Assembly: GCA_973895155.1 (NCBI GenBank)
Contig: OZ316893.1
Coordinates: 3,578,490-3,642,489, forward strand
Direction: 5' to 3'
From: Marsupella aquatica
Lineage: Eukaryota; Plantae; Marchantiophyta
Length of the DNA: 64,000 bases
Every line of letters starts with the position of its first letter. Position 1 is the stretch's first letter. The translations under genes were made by a program, and so were the position numbers. This document shows, piece by piece, positions 62,303-64,000 of this stretch. Under the pieces are notes generated by a model. It did not search any database, was not told the DNA's origin, and saw nothing but the letters and a program-made list of their open reading frames with translations.

Positions 62303-64000
62303 CTCTTTCTCGTCCTTGAGCATATTGTCATGGCCTTAGTTCAAGGTATGATAACATGTGTCAAGGTCAAGAGGACAATCTGGCTTAGGGGTACTAGGTT
62401 CCTTGAATAGGGGGTAGCAGCTACGAGCACTCCTGTCCTCATCCACTAACATTATATTTAACAAACATACAAACACTCACTTTTATAGTAGTGAGTATTT
62501 CTTGTGACCATTGTTCACCATCCTCTTTGCTAGCCAATGATAGGTCAAATCGGTCAATCAATCACTTTTAATTAATGGCTACAATTAGTCAATGCTATGA
62601 AGAAATATTTTATTAACATTCAAAAAGTAATTATGTGATTACAAGAGGCTTTTGCTTGCCCCCCAGTCTTTGTTATTTGGCATAATAATTTCTGAATTGT
62701 CTTAAACTTCACTATTCCCAGGTCTTTTTATTCTTGCTGTCAATAGACACGTTTGGCTGTTTGTTTGTCACAACAAACATCTCTGCTGGTGTTTGTGGTA
62801 CACATTACTGCCATGGCACAACCCTAGGCCAGGCCCCAGGCCAGGATTTGGGGAATGAGCTTTTCATTGGGGTCCTTAAAGATGTATGTTGTCAGATTTC
62901 TTAGATCAACAAATGAAATCAAGCATTGATAATCACTGACATTGTGCACTATAAACTAGTGGTATGTTAAGTCAGTCAGTTGTTCTTTTTTGAATTTTCA
63001 TTATATTGTTTCTGTGCTACTGGGGTACATCATTATCCTAGGATGCATCCAAAGAAGCTCTCAGCCATAATATTGTAGTCTCAAGTGCGTTGGTCTGAGA
63101 TTTTTCACATTAATACCTAGCTTGGGGCTCCATACCAAATTAATTTGAAGAAAAATGTATGTGCCAAAACTGTGTGATGACCTTCATCAATATATATTAG
63201 CTTTCCTGGCAAGTACTAAAGCATACATAAGTAGGGATCCATAAACTAATTACAGAAACAGTGAGACCATGCAAATAATGTGAGTAACACTCATGTGTGA
63301 GTTGAGAAGTTTTGAAACTCAATAGAAAATTGTATGATTGACATATGTGAACCTAATGGCTTAGCTAGACTCTGATTTAATGGATTTTCGTCTATGCCAC
63401 TGTCCAAAAATATATGTTTTGGACAACAGCATGGATTCTATTGTCTATACTACTGTCTAAAATTTTCTGTTTGGGACAACAAAATGAATAGATGTATGGA
63501 ACCATTAACACATCATGATACATTTTTGTTATCAATAGACTTTCAGATGGGATTCAAATTTTTGCAAGCCTCGCAAATAGTGGTAGTAACAGTAACTAGG
63601 CTGTCAACTGTGTAGTACTTAGGATTTCAAATTATGATATGTCCAACACAGATGGGACAGAATTTCCAAAGGTTCGTCAAGTATTGTGGTCGTCTTGGAT
63701 TTCTTTGGTAGTCGCCCATGACCTTGGGAGTTGTCATTCCTTTCAGATTTGTAGACCAGAGTTTGGATGGCCAACCAATATTAGTGCATTTTGATACCCC
63801 AAGTAGGGAGTCTCAGAGCTGGCAATTTTACTAGTTACAGGGTTATGGACACACAGTTCAGGACACTAATTTCATAGGGAAAGAAAAAACAAAAAACCTT
63901 TTTTCGAACTTGCAAAAAAGCTATGACCATCCCTTTCAGGCTGAATGTCATATCCATAATTTTGAAGCTTTGAGACGGAGCTAATAGAGACGGGGCACAT

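Overview
Eukaryotic, intron-rich land-plant nuclear DNA. A bryophyte such as a liverwort is my inference from gene style, not something the sequence proves. Six apparently intact protein-coding genes: an intronless ATL-type RING-H2 E3 ligase (-), a 5-exon GDSL esterase/lipase (-), a ~19-exon plastid SecA1 (-), an RsmH/MraW 16S rRNA m4C methyltransferase (+) head-to-head with SecA1, a conserved plant protein of unknown function (+), and an sn-2 GPAT whose HAD phosphatase motifs are ablated (-). There is one tRNA-Val(TAC). Pseudogenes largely invisible in the ORF track: an intron-retaining AAMP/SQT1 WD40 pseudogene, a cullin-3 pseudogene whose neddylation site is deleted, and possibly a very decayed TORNADO1-like LRR-Roc-COR relic. 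Intergenic DNA holds several MITE-like elements, two with clean 8-bp TSDs, and many local tandem repeats. Most notable: (i) a ~300-bp TRIM-like LTR element at 62002-62302 whose two LTRs each carry a tRNA-derived Pol III module, with a ~60-bp minisatellite grown from its 5' junction; (ii) a perfect 31-bp GC-rich hairpin at 47297-47373 that looks like a MIRNA precursor. Exon boundaries and homology calls were read by eye or recalled from memory, are approximate, and need database confirmation.
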